Positions 50,094 through 59,964 of a stretch of 64,000 bases of DNA are shown here, one piece after another (positions within the stretch are counted from its first letter, which is position 1; each line of letters begins with the position of its first letter). This stretch comes from a virus. A program made the position numbers and the translations under genes. Location of the stretch: IMG/VR virus record IMGVR_UViG_3300042887_005324, positions 96,001 through 160,000 of that record; one strand, written 5' to 3'. The notes under the pieces are model-generated. The model did not search any database. It was not told where the DNA came from and was given only the letters and a program-made list of their open reading frames with translations.

Positions 50094-53000
50094 TATAATA
50101 ATTTATTATTGCTTGAATTTGAACCAGTTTGTGGTAACTTAAATATTAATGATTTATTTGCAATTGCTGGTTCAACTTGTGGAACTTCTACACACTCATA
50201 GTGATACTCATAGTCCCAAGTAGATTTGAATATAAAGAAATCAACCACATGATATCCGAATTCATCTACCATTGGATAAACAGACTTTTTATCAGGATTG
50301 TTCTTTAGTTTCAAAATATTTTGGCTTCTATTTACTTTACTTACAATTCTTTCTCTTATTTGACCAAAAGCTGTCAATTCTGTATCAAAAAGATAATTAC
50401 CAAAACTTTGTGTTAATGATGGTGCTTTAAATAAAGGAATATCATTAAAAATTGGTGAATAATAACCACTATGTCTATAAAGTCTATTATAGATTTCATT
50501 TTCCAAACCAGAATAATTAGGTATCTTCAAAGGCTCGGTAGTTTTCTTTTTAATCTTAACACCAAGATTTTTGTCAGAAAAATGATTTAATTGTGAAAGT
50601 GAATTAATATCACCATCATCTAATTGTCTCTTAATTTTAATTTCACTCTTACTAAGACTCACTGGTTCAACTTCATTCGACTTTATATAAGTTAATAATT
50701 CGTCTGGACCTTCACATGTTAGTAGTACAGGTAGACTACCAATACTATTTAAGTTATTGAAGTCGTAAATATTTAAGCTTGAGTCTTCGTTTACTATAAC
50801 ATATTTAACTAAATCAGAGAATCCATATTTGTTAGTTAGATCATTAAGTGATGACATGAAATTCTGTGCAGTAAGTTTTGAAAACATATCATTGTATAAA
50901 TCATCTCTATTAGTTCTTGATATTTCATCTGAAACAGTTTGAGCAGCACCAGCACTAATTATGTATTTAATATATGTGTTATCATCTATAAATATATTTA
51001 CGAGCACATTCTTGTATTTTTTATTTATATAGATACAAATACCATTCTCGAGAGATCCCTGACTTGCAATATAGTAAAACCTATTATTCATGAATATTAT
51101 TGAATTCTTAGCAATACCAGTAGTATAACTATAATTAGTATCAGGTACCATACTATAAAATCTTTTCCAATTAGGATCAAGTGGTGGTATAACACCGATT
51201 TGTGTAGTTTGTGATGTTGTAAGGTAAACAATATCTTCATATATTACATAATGACCAAAAACAAAATTCAAACTCCAACTAGATGATAAATTGTAATCCT
51301 TAGTAGAATCCCAAAGTGATACTAGGGTCCATAAACTAAGTGAGTCAGGAGACTCAGACCAGTATTGTGTTATATTAGAATTTTCATCCACATAAGAATT
51401 ACCAGTCACCGGTGGTTGACTTGTTGGTTTGTTAGCTTTCCAAATTTTATTTTTATATAAAATAGTATCATCTTGATTATAGGTGGTATTTGGAGTCCAG
51501 AAATTACATCCTGATGCACATGAAGAGTAGTAATACTCACCTTCATTATATACTAGTGGAGGAAAATCACCATTAGTTCCACCAAAAGCAGAATTAGACG
51601 GTACGGTAAACATGTTATTAGCACTGGACTCATTTGAACCATCTCTAGTTGGAGACCAAAATATAGTGATAGTTCCTTCTATAACCCAATCAGAAGAGTT
51701 ATATGGAAAAATATTTGGATCAGTTATTTGTGATGTTGTTGATTGACATTCATATATTGTATTGTTAAATAAAACCCAATCGTTTTTAAGATAAAGTTTG
51801 TCGTGTTTCCATTCTTCAATTATTTTTGGAACTAAGCTAGTACTACCTCTAAATGTTAGTTGACCAGTATTAAGATTAGATTCACTTGAACGAACTGTAA
51901 AGTTATTCTTACTCAATAAAATAGAAAATTTGTAACCATCATAATTATTATTACTTTTAATATTAATCGCATCAATTTTACCATCAGTAATTTTAATACC
52001 GTCTACATCATACAGATTAAACTTCAATCCTCTAAATAAAGTCGTGTTGGGTGTGTAGTTATCACCAGTGTTAAAATAAGACCATTTTTTTGAGTTTACT
52101 ATGTCATTTCCTGAGTCAAAACTCATTCTTTTACCAAAAAAGTAAGAAAAATAATCTTGATCATAACTAAAATAGTTGAGATATTTTTCTACATTAAAAC
52201 AGCTTCTTGCTGTATTTACTAATTTACCACCTACTGGACTGTCATTTGGTCCACTTGGTGTGACCTTTGCAATTATACTATATCCACCATTTTCAAAAAT
52301 CATTGAATTGACAAAACTATATGTATTGTAATTTCCATTAGTATAACCTTCATTCTGAATTATTTGAATCTGGTCTCTAGCACCGAATGATCCCGGTGAA
52401 GAGATCCCAGTAATTTTAATCTGAGTACTAGAGTATGTCACAATGTCTAAAAATGTAATTTCTTGATCATCTATAACATGTAGACTATGATGTGTAAAGT
52501 CATTTGACTCTGGATCAATAGTTAAAAAGTAATCTAAGTTTCTTTCGACTCTACTTGGTACAGGATCGTAAGGATTTGTAGTTCTATTAAAGTCTTCTGC
52601 TGCAAAAGAGTTATTTAACAAATAAGGATAATCATTTGATGAAATAGAATTCTGATATCCCCATTTAACTCTTTCTGCATTTTTTCTCCAAAGAGTTGTT
52701 AATTCATCATCAAGTATTTGAAATGTTTCACCATTAGCAGTGTATTCACTAGATGCTGGAATATTAACAACTTTACCATTGATTTTGAAATCATCAAAAG
52801 TCTTTGGAAAAGAATTTGACTGTTGATTAACACTATACATTTTAGTTTCATCTGTAAATGTAAGTTGGTCTTTCTTAATATATTCGTGTTTAGAAAACTG
52901 AGTATCTATAATATCTAAGTCAAAGTCTTTTATATCAGAAAACTTCAACTTGTATATGCCAAACTTCTTAATATCATTTTCAGCATCAACAATCAAACTT

Positions 53001-54400
53001 ATAGATTTTCTATAATTAGGATCTGGATCATTTACATAATAGTCAAACTTATCTAAAGACTGTTCGAAAGCATAATCTGAATTAATATAATATTCACCAT
53101 CAGTTTTAATTATGTTATGATAAACACCACCTATCTCAATCATCCAAACATCTGCATCATCGAAATTTTCAATGTTAAAAACAGTTCCATCATAGAATTT
53201 TAATGAATTTACACCTAATGAACTTGATATAGAAACTAAATTTTGATTTAGCTCAGATTGTCTTCCAGCTAATCTAATATTACTAATTATTTTATACTTT
53301 GTTAGAGTAGGAGTAACTGACTCTTCAACAAATGAATTCGGTGAAACTTGTACAGGTTGAGTACTAGTTGTTTGAAATTCTAAAAACTTCTCCAGTTTGT
53401 AAAAATCACCAGCAATTTCAACATAAATAATTTTGTCGTCTGGTAAAATTTCATTAAATGGATATATTTCACTTTGACTATAAAGTAGATTATACTGATC
53501 TATAATAACATCGGGTTTCAGGCTTGGAAGAGTGTAAGGAGCAACATACTTAACGAATTCTAAACTATCTAAATAAAATCCTAAGTATCTATTAAGCGAC
53601 CACTTTCTAATCGAAGTAGGACTTGCTGGCGTGTCATCAAATAAAAAACTGAAGTTTATTATATGTGGAAAAACTAACTTATTGTTCTTAAAGTTATCAA
53701 ATACAAATTTTTCAAAATCATGAAATGTTTGCTCATACTGTAAAGTTGATTCTAAAAGAAAAGACTTTTCGCTATAACCACCATCTTCATAATCAATACC
53801 AAAGAAGGAAGAAAACTCTAACTTTCTAAAATCCATATATACAGGACCAACCGGATAAGATTTATTTTTAGTAATATTAGTATCAAGCCATTCACCAAGT
53901 GGTGAATTCCTCGTAAGGTCAAAAATCTTAACACACTTTAATTTTTTAATGATTTCTTCTTTGAAGTTATCTTTATTAATTGTTGTTAGTCCTGGACCAT
54001 CGATTCTGAATATTATAAAGTTAGTTGGTAGGTTATTTTTATAAATATAAAGTGGTGCAAAATACTCATACTCTTCACTATAATCTTTATTTTCTATAAT
54101 GTTCCTTGCACCATACTGGTACAAGTCATCATACTGATTAGAAAAGTCAGTATACATATTATCACTATCATTATCATATTTTATATGAAAAGCGATATCA
54201 TAAGGAGTGTCTCTAAAGAAATAAGGTACGATTTCATCCCAATAGTTATTCTTATTGAATTGCATCTTTCTATATTTAGTAGAAGATAATTCAGTATTTG
54301 ATATGATAGCATCACAATATAAGCTATAAGTACTACCTACAACCAATTTAACATTCGTTGTTAGACCAACATTAGTTCGAAGTATTGCGTGACTCTTCAT
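50093..54400 (-). CDS. large putative virion/baseplate protein
   Basis: 1435 aa with short Trp/Tyr-rich (CBM-like) modules; in an operon behind the late motif. Confidence 0.6.
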   Translation of the reverse strand: MKSHAILRTNVGLTTNVKLVVGSTYSLYCDAIISNTELSSTKYRKMQFNKNNYWDEIVPYFFRDTPYDIAFHIKYDNDSDNMYTDFSNQYDDLYQYGARNIIENKDYSEEYEYFAPLYIYKNNLPTNFIIFRIDGPGLTTINKDNFKEEIIKKLKCVKIFDLTRNSPLGEWLDTNITKNKSYPVGPVYMDFRKLEFSSFFGIDYEDGGYSEKSFLLESTLQYEQTFHDFEKFVFDNFKNNKLVFPHIINFSFLFDDTPASPTSIRKWSLNRYLGFYLDSLEFVKYVAPYTLPSLKPDVIIDQYNLLYSQSEIYPFNEILPDDKIIYVEIAGDFYKLEKFLEFQTTSTQPVQVSPNSFVEESVTPTLTKYKIISNIRLAGRQSELNQNLVSISSSLGVNSLKFYDGTVFNIENFDDADVWMIEIGGVYHNIIKTDGEYYINSDYAFEQSLDKFDYYVNDPDPNYRKSISLIVDAENDIKKFGIYKLKFSDIKDFDLDIIDTQFSKHEYIKKDQLTFTDETKMYSVNQQSNSFPKTFDDFKINGKVVNIPASSEYTANGETFQILDDELTTLWRKNAERVKWGYQNSISSNDYPYLLNNSFAAEDFNRTTNPYDPVPSRVERNLDYFLTIDPESNDFTHHSLHVIDDQEITFLDIVTYSSTQIKITGISSPGSFGARDQIQIIQNEGYTNGNYNTYSFVNSMIFENGGYSIIAKVTPSGPNDSPVGGKLVNTARSCFNVEKYLNYFSYDQDYFSYFFGKRMSFDSGNDIVNSKKWSYFNTGDNYTPNTTLFRGLKFNLYDVDGIKITDGKIDAINIKSNNNYDGYKFSILLSKNNFTVRSSESNLNTGQLTFRGSTSLVPKIIEEWKHDKLYLKNDWVLFNNTIYECQSTTSQITDPNIFPYNSSDWVIEGTITIFWSPTRDGSNESSANNMFTVPSNSAFGGTNGDFPPLVYNEGEYYYSSCASGCNFWTPNTTYNQDDTILYKNKIWKANKPTSQPPVTGNSYVDENSNITQYWSESPDSLSLWTLVSLWDSTKDYNLSSSWSLNFVFGHYVIYEDIVYLTTSQTTQIGVIPPLDPNWKRFYSMVPDTNYSYTTGIAKNSIIFMNNRFYYIASQGSLENGICIYINKKYKNVLVNIFIDDNTYIKYIISAGAAQTVSDEISRTNRDDLYNDMFSKLTAQNFMSSLNDLTNKYGFSDLVKYVIVNEDSSLNIYDFNNLNSIGSLPVLLTCEGPDELLTYIKSNEVEPVSLSKSEIKIKRQLDDGDINSLSQLNHFSDKNLGVKIKKKTTEPLKIPNYSGLENEIYNRLYRHSGYYSPIFNDIPLFKAPSLTQSFGNYLFDTELTAFGQIRERIVSKVNRSQNILKLKNNPDKKSVYPMVDEFGYHVVDFFIFKSTWDYEYHYECVEVPQVEPAIANKSLIFKLPQTGSNSSNNKLL

Positions 54401-57400
54401 TATCTATTTGAGATTAATTGTGTTGGTGTAGAAGCTATTGTTTTCTTCAAAGCTACTTTAGCTCTATTTATATTGAATCTAACTGTGAAAACAAATGGTC
54501 TATTATCTACCTCATTCTCTAACAAGAATTTTAGTTTCTTAATATGTCTTACTGTTGTAGTCGATCCATTCAAGTTGACATATTGATAGTTTAGTCCACT
54601 TGTTGATGGGTCTAAAGAGTTCATTTTGAAATAGATATTGATTGGAATATCAATATCATTCTGTTCCCCACCACTAATCGATTTAGTTTTCTCAAAATTA
54701 GTTTCTTGTATTTTATCAAAACCTTGAATTTGTGGATGCACTGAAGTAAGCAACTTTGTTGTAGACGCAACACTAACATTCGTATCGATCCATTTAGCTG
54801 GATCTAATAAAGAATTATTATTACCAATAAACGATAGAATTGAATTTTCAGAATAACCCATGTTATATTCATTAGATGATAAAACATTTGTAATTGAGTT
54901 CTTACCAGCTGTAGTAAAGTTGTTACCAATATTATCAGCTAATTTAGTCAAAGTAGTTTGATTTACTGAATCAAAATTGACAGCCCATATAAACTGATTA
55001 TCTTTTTGAGTTCTTGTAGTGCCAGTTGAGTTATCTATAACTAGTTCATTTAACTGGTTAACCCAGAAAACTTGTGGACTACTTGTGTTATAAACATCTG
55101 AGTTAGAAGTTGAAGCATATGTTCTATTTGATAAAAGACCAAGTGGACTCTCAACTGATTTATTTCTTATCTTTAATAAGAAATCTTTAACTACATAAAT
55201 GTTGTTTTGATAAACACGACCAGTTGGTACACCAGCAGCAGTAAAATTATCTAAGTAATCCTCACACTCAACAAAGAATGTCATCTCAGCACCGTTTTTA
55301 ACAACAAACTGTTCATTATTTCTGAAAATGACAACTTCAAGTTCACCTTTAGTTCTCTTGATTTTCTCTTCAAGTGATCTAACTCTAGTTTCAAGTTTAT
55401 TTAGATATTGGAATAAATCAATGGCTATGCCGTTTTCATCTCTAAATCCAGATAATATCTTATCTGCTGAGTGATGATAAGTAACATTATTAAGTGTTAA
55501 CTGTTCTGATAAATGCTCATCTAATCCTTTGGCTGATAAATCATTTTGTACAGTAACTCTTAAATCTTCTTTAGTAGCCTCTTTTAATATGAAGTCATTC
55601 TCGTTAAGAACATTATTCAAGTCATCTGGAAACTCAACTGTAAGAGTCGAACTCCAATCTGACTCAACTGGTGACTCTGGCCATCCAACTTCAGAAATCG
55701 ATTTAATTCTTATTTCTACTTTTTCACCAAATCTAATTGGAATATCTAATTGATTAATATTTGGCGTATCAGCATTTGTAACATCTTCAATCTGCCATAA
55801 ATATTCATTTGTAGCCGCATTGAAAGTTCTTTTTCTAGCATCTGTTTTGAATTCCTGCCAGTTTGAGAAGGCTCCAGATTTTGGTCCTTTAACAGCATCT
55901 GCTAATTTGAAAGTCTCTACTGGGGTTTCTTTACCATCTTTACTTAAATATCTATATTGAACTCTAAATTGAACCACTTCCTGTGGTTTTGTACCTCTTG
56001 TTAAAACTGCTTCTGGCATAGACCAGAAACCTCGAACTCTAAAAACTGGTTGAACTTTTGTCTGAGGAGATTTAGATATATCAAGAATTTCTGTTGTAAC
56101 AGATGATAAAAGTTTTGACTTAGATTCTTTGTTCTTATTCAATAAGTCAATTTCGTTTGAAAATTGTTTCTTTTCTGACTCAGAAGTAAATCTTTTAACT
56201 TTTAATTGTTTATTCTTTTCAGATATAGCGTCTAAAAGTTGTTTAACTTCAGACTTCAAATTCTTTTGTTGATTGTGTTTATTTTTAATTAAATTTGAAT
56301 CAGGTGTATCTGTTAAATGTTTATTTACTTGTACAACTTTGAAGTTTTCCAAATTTAATGTCACACCGTTTGGTGTACCAGCTAACTTAGTTGGTGTCTT
56401 TTTTGCAACTAAATCTTGTAAAACATCTCCATAATCATAAACAGTATCAATATAAAACTGTTCCATTGAGATACCAGATTCTAATTCTCTCAAATCATTT
56501 GTCCAATAACCTAATCCAGGACTCCAATTTTTAGACAAGATGTAGTTGTCCATATTTAGTGCTTTAACAAAAACAACATTTCTTTCGTTATAACCAACAC
56601 TAACAGACACTTTTTTATTGTAAAGAACCGGAGAGTAAATCTTCAAAGTTTGAACACCAACTGGTATTGGTTCGTTACCCTCGACTCTCTCAAATCTTAA
56701 TCTTGGATTTGAAGTAAGAGTCGATATCTCGAGTATTTTATATCTTGTTGTTGATAAAGGTGTATTTATAATAAGTTCGTTATTAACAGCTAACTGTCTG
56801 GTTTCTTGAGTTTGAACACCATTCACAACAGTATTTCTGATATAATTAAGTGTATTAACATGATACCATAACTTTCTATTAAGTGTATCTTCTTCAATTC
56901 TTATAACTGTGAAAGCACCATCATACTGTAAAACATTTGGTTCTAAGTCAAACATCTGCTCGTCATAGTTAGGGTTAAGAGGTTCAATCAAACCTGGTGT
57001 ATTTTGATGCCAAGTTTCATATTCTTCAACTGTAAATCCAGATTTATTTCTAAATAAATTATTGAAAGAATTAAGAGCTGACTGACCAAGTGGTGTGAAA
57101 GCACCTGTAGAATCTTGAGCAAACTCAGGTATGTATCTTCTACATAAAACTTTTCTAACATTATCCTCGACTTGACCAGATAAATCTAATTCAACGAAAA
57201 TTTGAGGATTCAACATAGAATCAAAAAACCAATTTCGTTTAGTAACAAAATTAGTCACCGGAGTCAAATTAGCGATATCATTTGGTTCTTTGTTTAAATC
57301 GACCGTTACAATTTTTCTAAACTTCGTTCCATTTGTTGGTTGAATTAAAGCTCCAGCATCGTTAATACTATAAATAGAGTTAATGTTATTATTTAACCTA

Positions 57401-57597
57401 TCAATCTCAGATTTTAGAAAACCAAAAGATGGTAAGTTAAATTGTCTTACAACACCGGTTGTATCTGTTACATTTACTGTAACTGATGGATCAGTCGATG
57501 TGACCAATTGATTAATTTTTGAAAGTAAATCAACAACATTATTATTGAAATTTATTACTTGCTCTGCTACTGTATTATAAGAACTTTGAACTCCCAT
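54400..57597 (-). CDS. large putative virion protein
   Basis: 1065 aa with coiled-coil and FN3-like segments; TTAATATATA at 57619-57628. Confidence 0.6.
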   Translation of the reverse strand: MGVQSSYNTVAEQVINFNNNVVDLLSKINQLVTSTDPSVTVNVTDTTGVVRQFNLPSFGFLKSEIDRLNNNINSIYSINDAGALIQPTNGTKFRKIVTVDLNKEPNDIANLTPVTNFVTKRNWFFDSMLNPQIFVELDLSGQVEDNVRKVLCRRYIPEFAQDSTGAFTPLGQSALNSFNNLFRNKSGFTVEEYETWHQNTPGLIEPLNPNYDEQMFDLEPNVLQYDGAFTVIRIEEDTLNRKLWYHVNTLNYIRNTVVNGVQTQETRQLAVNNELIINTPLSTTRYKILEISTLTSNPRLRFERVEGNEPIPVGVQTLKIYSPVLYNKKVSVSVGYNERNVVFVKALNMDNYILSKNWSPGLGYWTNDLRELESGISMEQFYIDTVYDYGDVLQDLVAKKTPTKLAGTPNGVTLNLENFKVVQVNKHLTDTPDSNLIKNKHNQQKNLKSEVKQLLDAISEKNKQLKVKRFTSESEKKQFSNEIDLLNKNKESKSKLLSSVTTEILDISKSPQTKVQPVFRVRGFWSMPEAVLTRGTKPQEVVQFRVQYRYLSKDGKETPVETFKLADAVKGPKSGAFSNWQEFKTDARKRTFNAATNEYLWQIEDVTNADTPNINQLDIPIRFGEKVEIRIKSISEVGWPESPVESDWSSTLTVEFPDDLNNVLNENDFILKEATKEDLRVTVQNDLSAKGLDEHLSEQLTLNNVTYHHSADKILSGFRDENGIAIDLFQYLNKLETRVRSLEEKIKRTKGELEVVIFRNNEQFVVKNGAEMTFFVECEDYLDNFTAAGVPTGRVYQNNIYVVKDFLLKIRNKSVESPLGLLSNRTYASTSNSDVYNTSSPQVFWVNQLNELVIDNSTGTTRTQKDNQFIWAVNFDSVNQTTLTKLADNIGNNFTTAGKNSITNVLSSNEYNMGYSENSILSFIGNNNSLLDPAKWIDTNVSVASTTKLLTSVHPQIQGFDKIQETNFEKTKSISGGEQNDIDIPINIYFKMNSLDPSTSGLNYQYVNLNGSTTTVRHIKKLKFLLENEVDNRPFVFTVRFNINRAKVALKKTIASTPTQLISNR

Positions 57598-57678
57598 TTT
57601 AGAGGATATATTTTTGTTTATATATTAATTATTTTAGTGTTCTCATTTATTATTTAGTAATGATAAAGAGATTTGAGA

Positions 57679-59559
57679 CTAAATAGACAAAATAGAACTG
57701 TTTGACAAAACATTAAAATTATACTCTACCTTTTTGTCAAATTCAAAAATATAATTTACAAATCCCTCATCATCACCAAATCTACTTTCAACAACTAATG
57801 GATTTAGAGGATTAGAATTATATGCCCAATCTTCTAAACCAAGTTCAACGAATCTATTTTTAATAGACTCATTATAGTGATTACTAATGGTTCGAACTCT
57901 TCTTTGTATATCTTTTCTTGTAAGATTTTGAGTATTAGAGTTGTGATAATATTGTAAGTACAACATCTTAGGTATTTTGACCATTTTTGTATGTAAAAAT
58001 GTACGAACAATCAGTTCATAGTCATCAACGATAGTAAGTCTTCTGTTGTGCCCACCAATAGATAAATAGAATGACTTTTCCCAAGCTCTAAAGTGATTTG
58101 GAACTCCTACAATATGTCTAATAGTTTTAGGGTTAATATTAGCACAATCTACTGAATTGTATTTTCTACCAGCATAGTATTCTTCTTTATATTTACCATA
58201 TCCAAATGAAAAGTTATCACCATAATTGAGTGAATTATGTTGCTCATCTATTTCAGCACAATTTGAATAAACAAATTTAGCGTCTGGATATTCTTTGAAT
58301 GCTTTTACCATTAGACTTAAAGCTTCTGGTAATAAAAAGTCATCGTGATCAAGTTCCATAATATACTTACCACGAGATAAAGTAGCTGCTCTATATTTTG
58401 ATTCACCAACAATACCTCCAGACTTTTTCTTAAATTCATACACACTAATTCTAGAATCTTTTTTAGACAACTCTTCAGCAATTCTTAAAGTTTTACCACC
58501 ATCGTTTGAATCATTGACTAATACCCACTCCCAATTTGTATAATTCTGACTTCTCATACTTTCATATGTTCTCAGTAATTTTTCACCAATGTTATAGATA
58601 GGAGTAAAAACACTGACAAGTGGAGTCTCATCATTTGATGAATTTAATATGTAATTCATTGCACAGAAATAAGAAGATTCACCAGTTTTCTCTTCTATCT
58701 CATTAAAGTGTAACCATCTACCTCTAACATCTAGGCAATGATGACTGAGTTTCGGAAAGTTAGCGAAACTATCAGAAACAGTAATAATCGAATCAGGATT
58801 AAAATCTTGAATTACATTATCGATATTTTCATCAGTCAATACCGATAGTGTATTGAGTTCGGTTGATTCATAATCGACTATAAACCTTGAGTTTAAATTT
58901 ACATCACTATTTGTACCAACTATAAGAATTCTTGGTAAAGAATTTAATTTTCTCTTTTCTATAAAGTTATAATAACAAAGGACTTTTTCTATAAAGAAAA
59001 AATCTTCATTATTCTCATTGTACAGTTTTTCAATAAAGTTACCGTCAGCAATATACTTCATTGGTTCTAATCTAGATTTTCCTATTAAATCTCTTCTTAA
59101 TAGAAATTGAGCCATATCTATATGTTGAACTCTGGTATTTTCCGGTTTTGCTTCTCTTATATCAAGTCCTGTGAAATCTTTACCTCCAATCTTTTGACTA
59201 AAAATAAATCCTCTTTTTTCTGGATTTTTCTCAATAGATTGGTAAATAGTGTCATAAAAGTCTTCGTGAATTATATTATCATCGTCTAAAACATAAACAA
59301 ATCCTTCTTCAATTTGTTCTAAACAAGCATTGATCATTAAATGTCCATGATCACCAGGAACACTTTTAATGAATTTGATTATGACTTCCTTATTATATAA
59401 TTCAGTAAGTAAATCTGAATTTATATCACTAAGTGAATTTGTGTCAAATACAACAAACCAATTTATTTTGAATTTTTCAGACTTACTATAAATTGATTCT
59501 TTAACTTTTGATAGATTTTCGGGTCTTGAACATCTTGTGATAATGTTAATAATATTCAT
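57679..59559 (-). CDS. glycosyltransferase with two GT2 (GT-A) domains
   Basis: VLDDDN and ELDHDD motifs; VSVFTPIYN...LVNDS; DDYEL. Confidence 0.85.
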   Translation of the reverse strand: MNIINIITRCSRPENLSKVKESIYSKSEKFKINWFVVFDTNSLSDINSDLLTELYNKEVIIKFIKSVPGDHGHLMINACLEQIEEGFVYVLDDDNIIHEDFYDTIYQSIEKNPEKRGFIFSQKIGGKDFTGLDIREAKPENTRVQHIDMAQFLLRRDLIGKSRLEPMKYIADGNFIEKLYNENNEDFFFIEKVLCYYNFIEKRKLNSLPRILIVGTNSDVNLNSRFIVDYESTELNTLSVLTDENIDNVIQDFNPDSIITVSDSFANFPKLSHHCLDVRGRWLHFNEIEEKTGESSYFCAMNYILNSSNDETPLVSVFTPIYNIGEKLLRTYESMRSQNYTNWEWVLVNDSNDGGKTLRIAEELSKKDSRISVYEFKKKSGGIVGESKYRAATLSRGKYIMELDHDDFLLPEALSLMVKAFKEYPDAKFVYSNCAEIDEQHNSLNYGDNFSFGYGKYKEEYYAGRKYNSVDCANINPKTIRHIVGVPNHFRAWEKSFYLSIGGHNRRLTIVDDYELIVRTFLHTKMVKIPKMLYLQYYHNSNTQNLTRKDIQRRVRTISNHYNESIKNRFVELGLEDWAYNSNPLNPLVVESRFGDDEGFVNYIFEFDKKVEYNFNVLSNSSILSI

Positions 59560-59619
59560 TATTATTTGATTACTTTTTTTTATTTTATACAAATTGACAT
59601 TGAATGTTGAATTTTATCT

Positions 59620-59627
59620 TATATTTG
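59620..59627 (+). promoter_or_regulatory. Bacteroidota-type -7 element
   Basis: TATATTTG 5 nt before ATG 59633. Confidence 0.6.
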
Positions 59628-59632
59628 TAATA

Positions 59633-59926
59633 ATGACAGATTTAGAAAAAATATTAGATTCCAATCCTCAACTCTATAGTATTTCAGATTCACTTATCTG
59701 TGAAATTTGTGAAGAAATATTTAAAATTAGATTAAATTATGACAAGACTTTTGTAGATAACGGAATGGACGAATTAGACTCTATTGGGCTAGTAATGCAA
59801 ATTGAAAAAAGATTGAACATTTCAATACCGGATGAAGTCATTGAACTGATATTCAATCTTGAAGAAAAACCTATTAGATTTACTCAAATTATTAGAAATA
59901 AAAAAATAGAAAATTTAGGTATTTAA
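59633..59926 (+). CDS. acyl carrier protein-like, lacking the canonical phosphopantetheine Ser
   Basis: GMDELDSIGLVMQIEKRLNISIPDE vs ACP GxDSLDxxELVMxxExxFxIxIPDE; ends IRNKKIENLGI. Confidence 0.7.
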   Translation: MTDLEKILDSNPQLYSISDSLICEICEEIFKIRLNYDKTFVDNGMDELDSIGLVMQIEKRLNISIPDEVIELIFNLEEKPIRFTQIIRNKKIENLGI

Positions 59927-59964
59927 ACTTGTTTTTTTAAGAAAAATCACTTATATTTGTAAAT

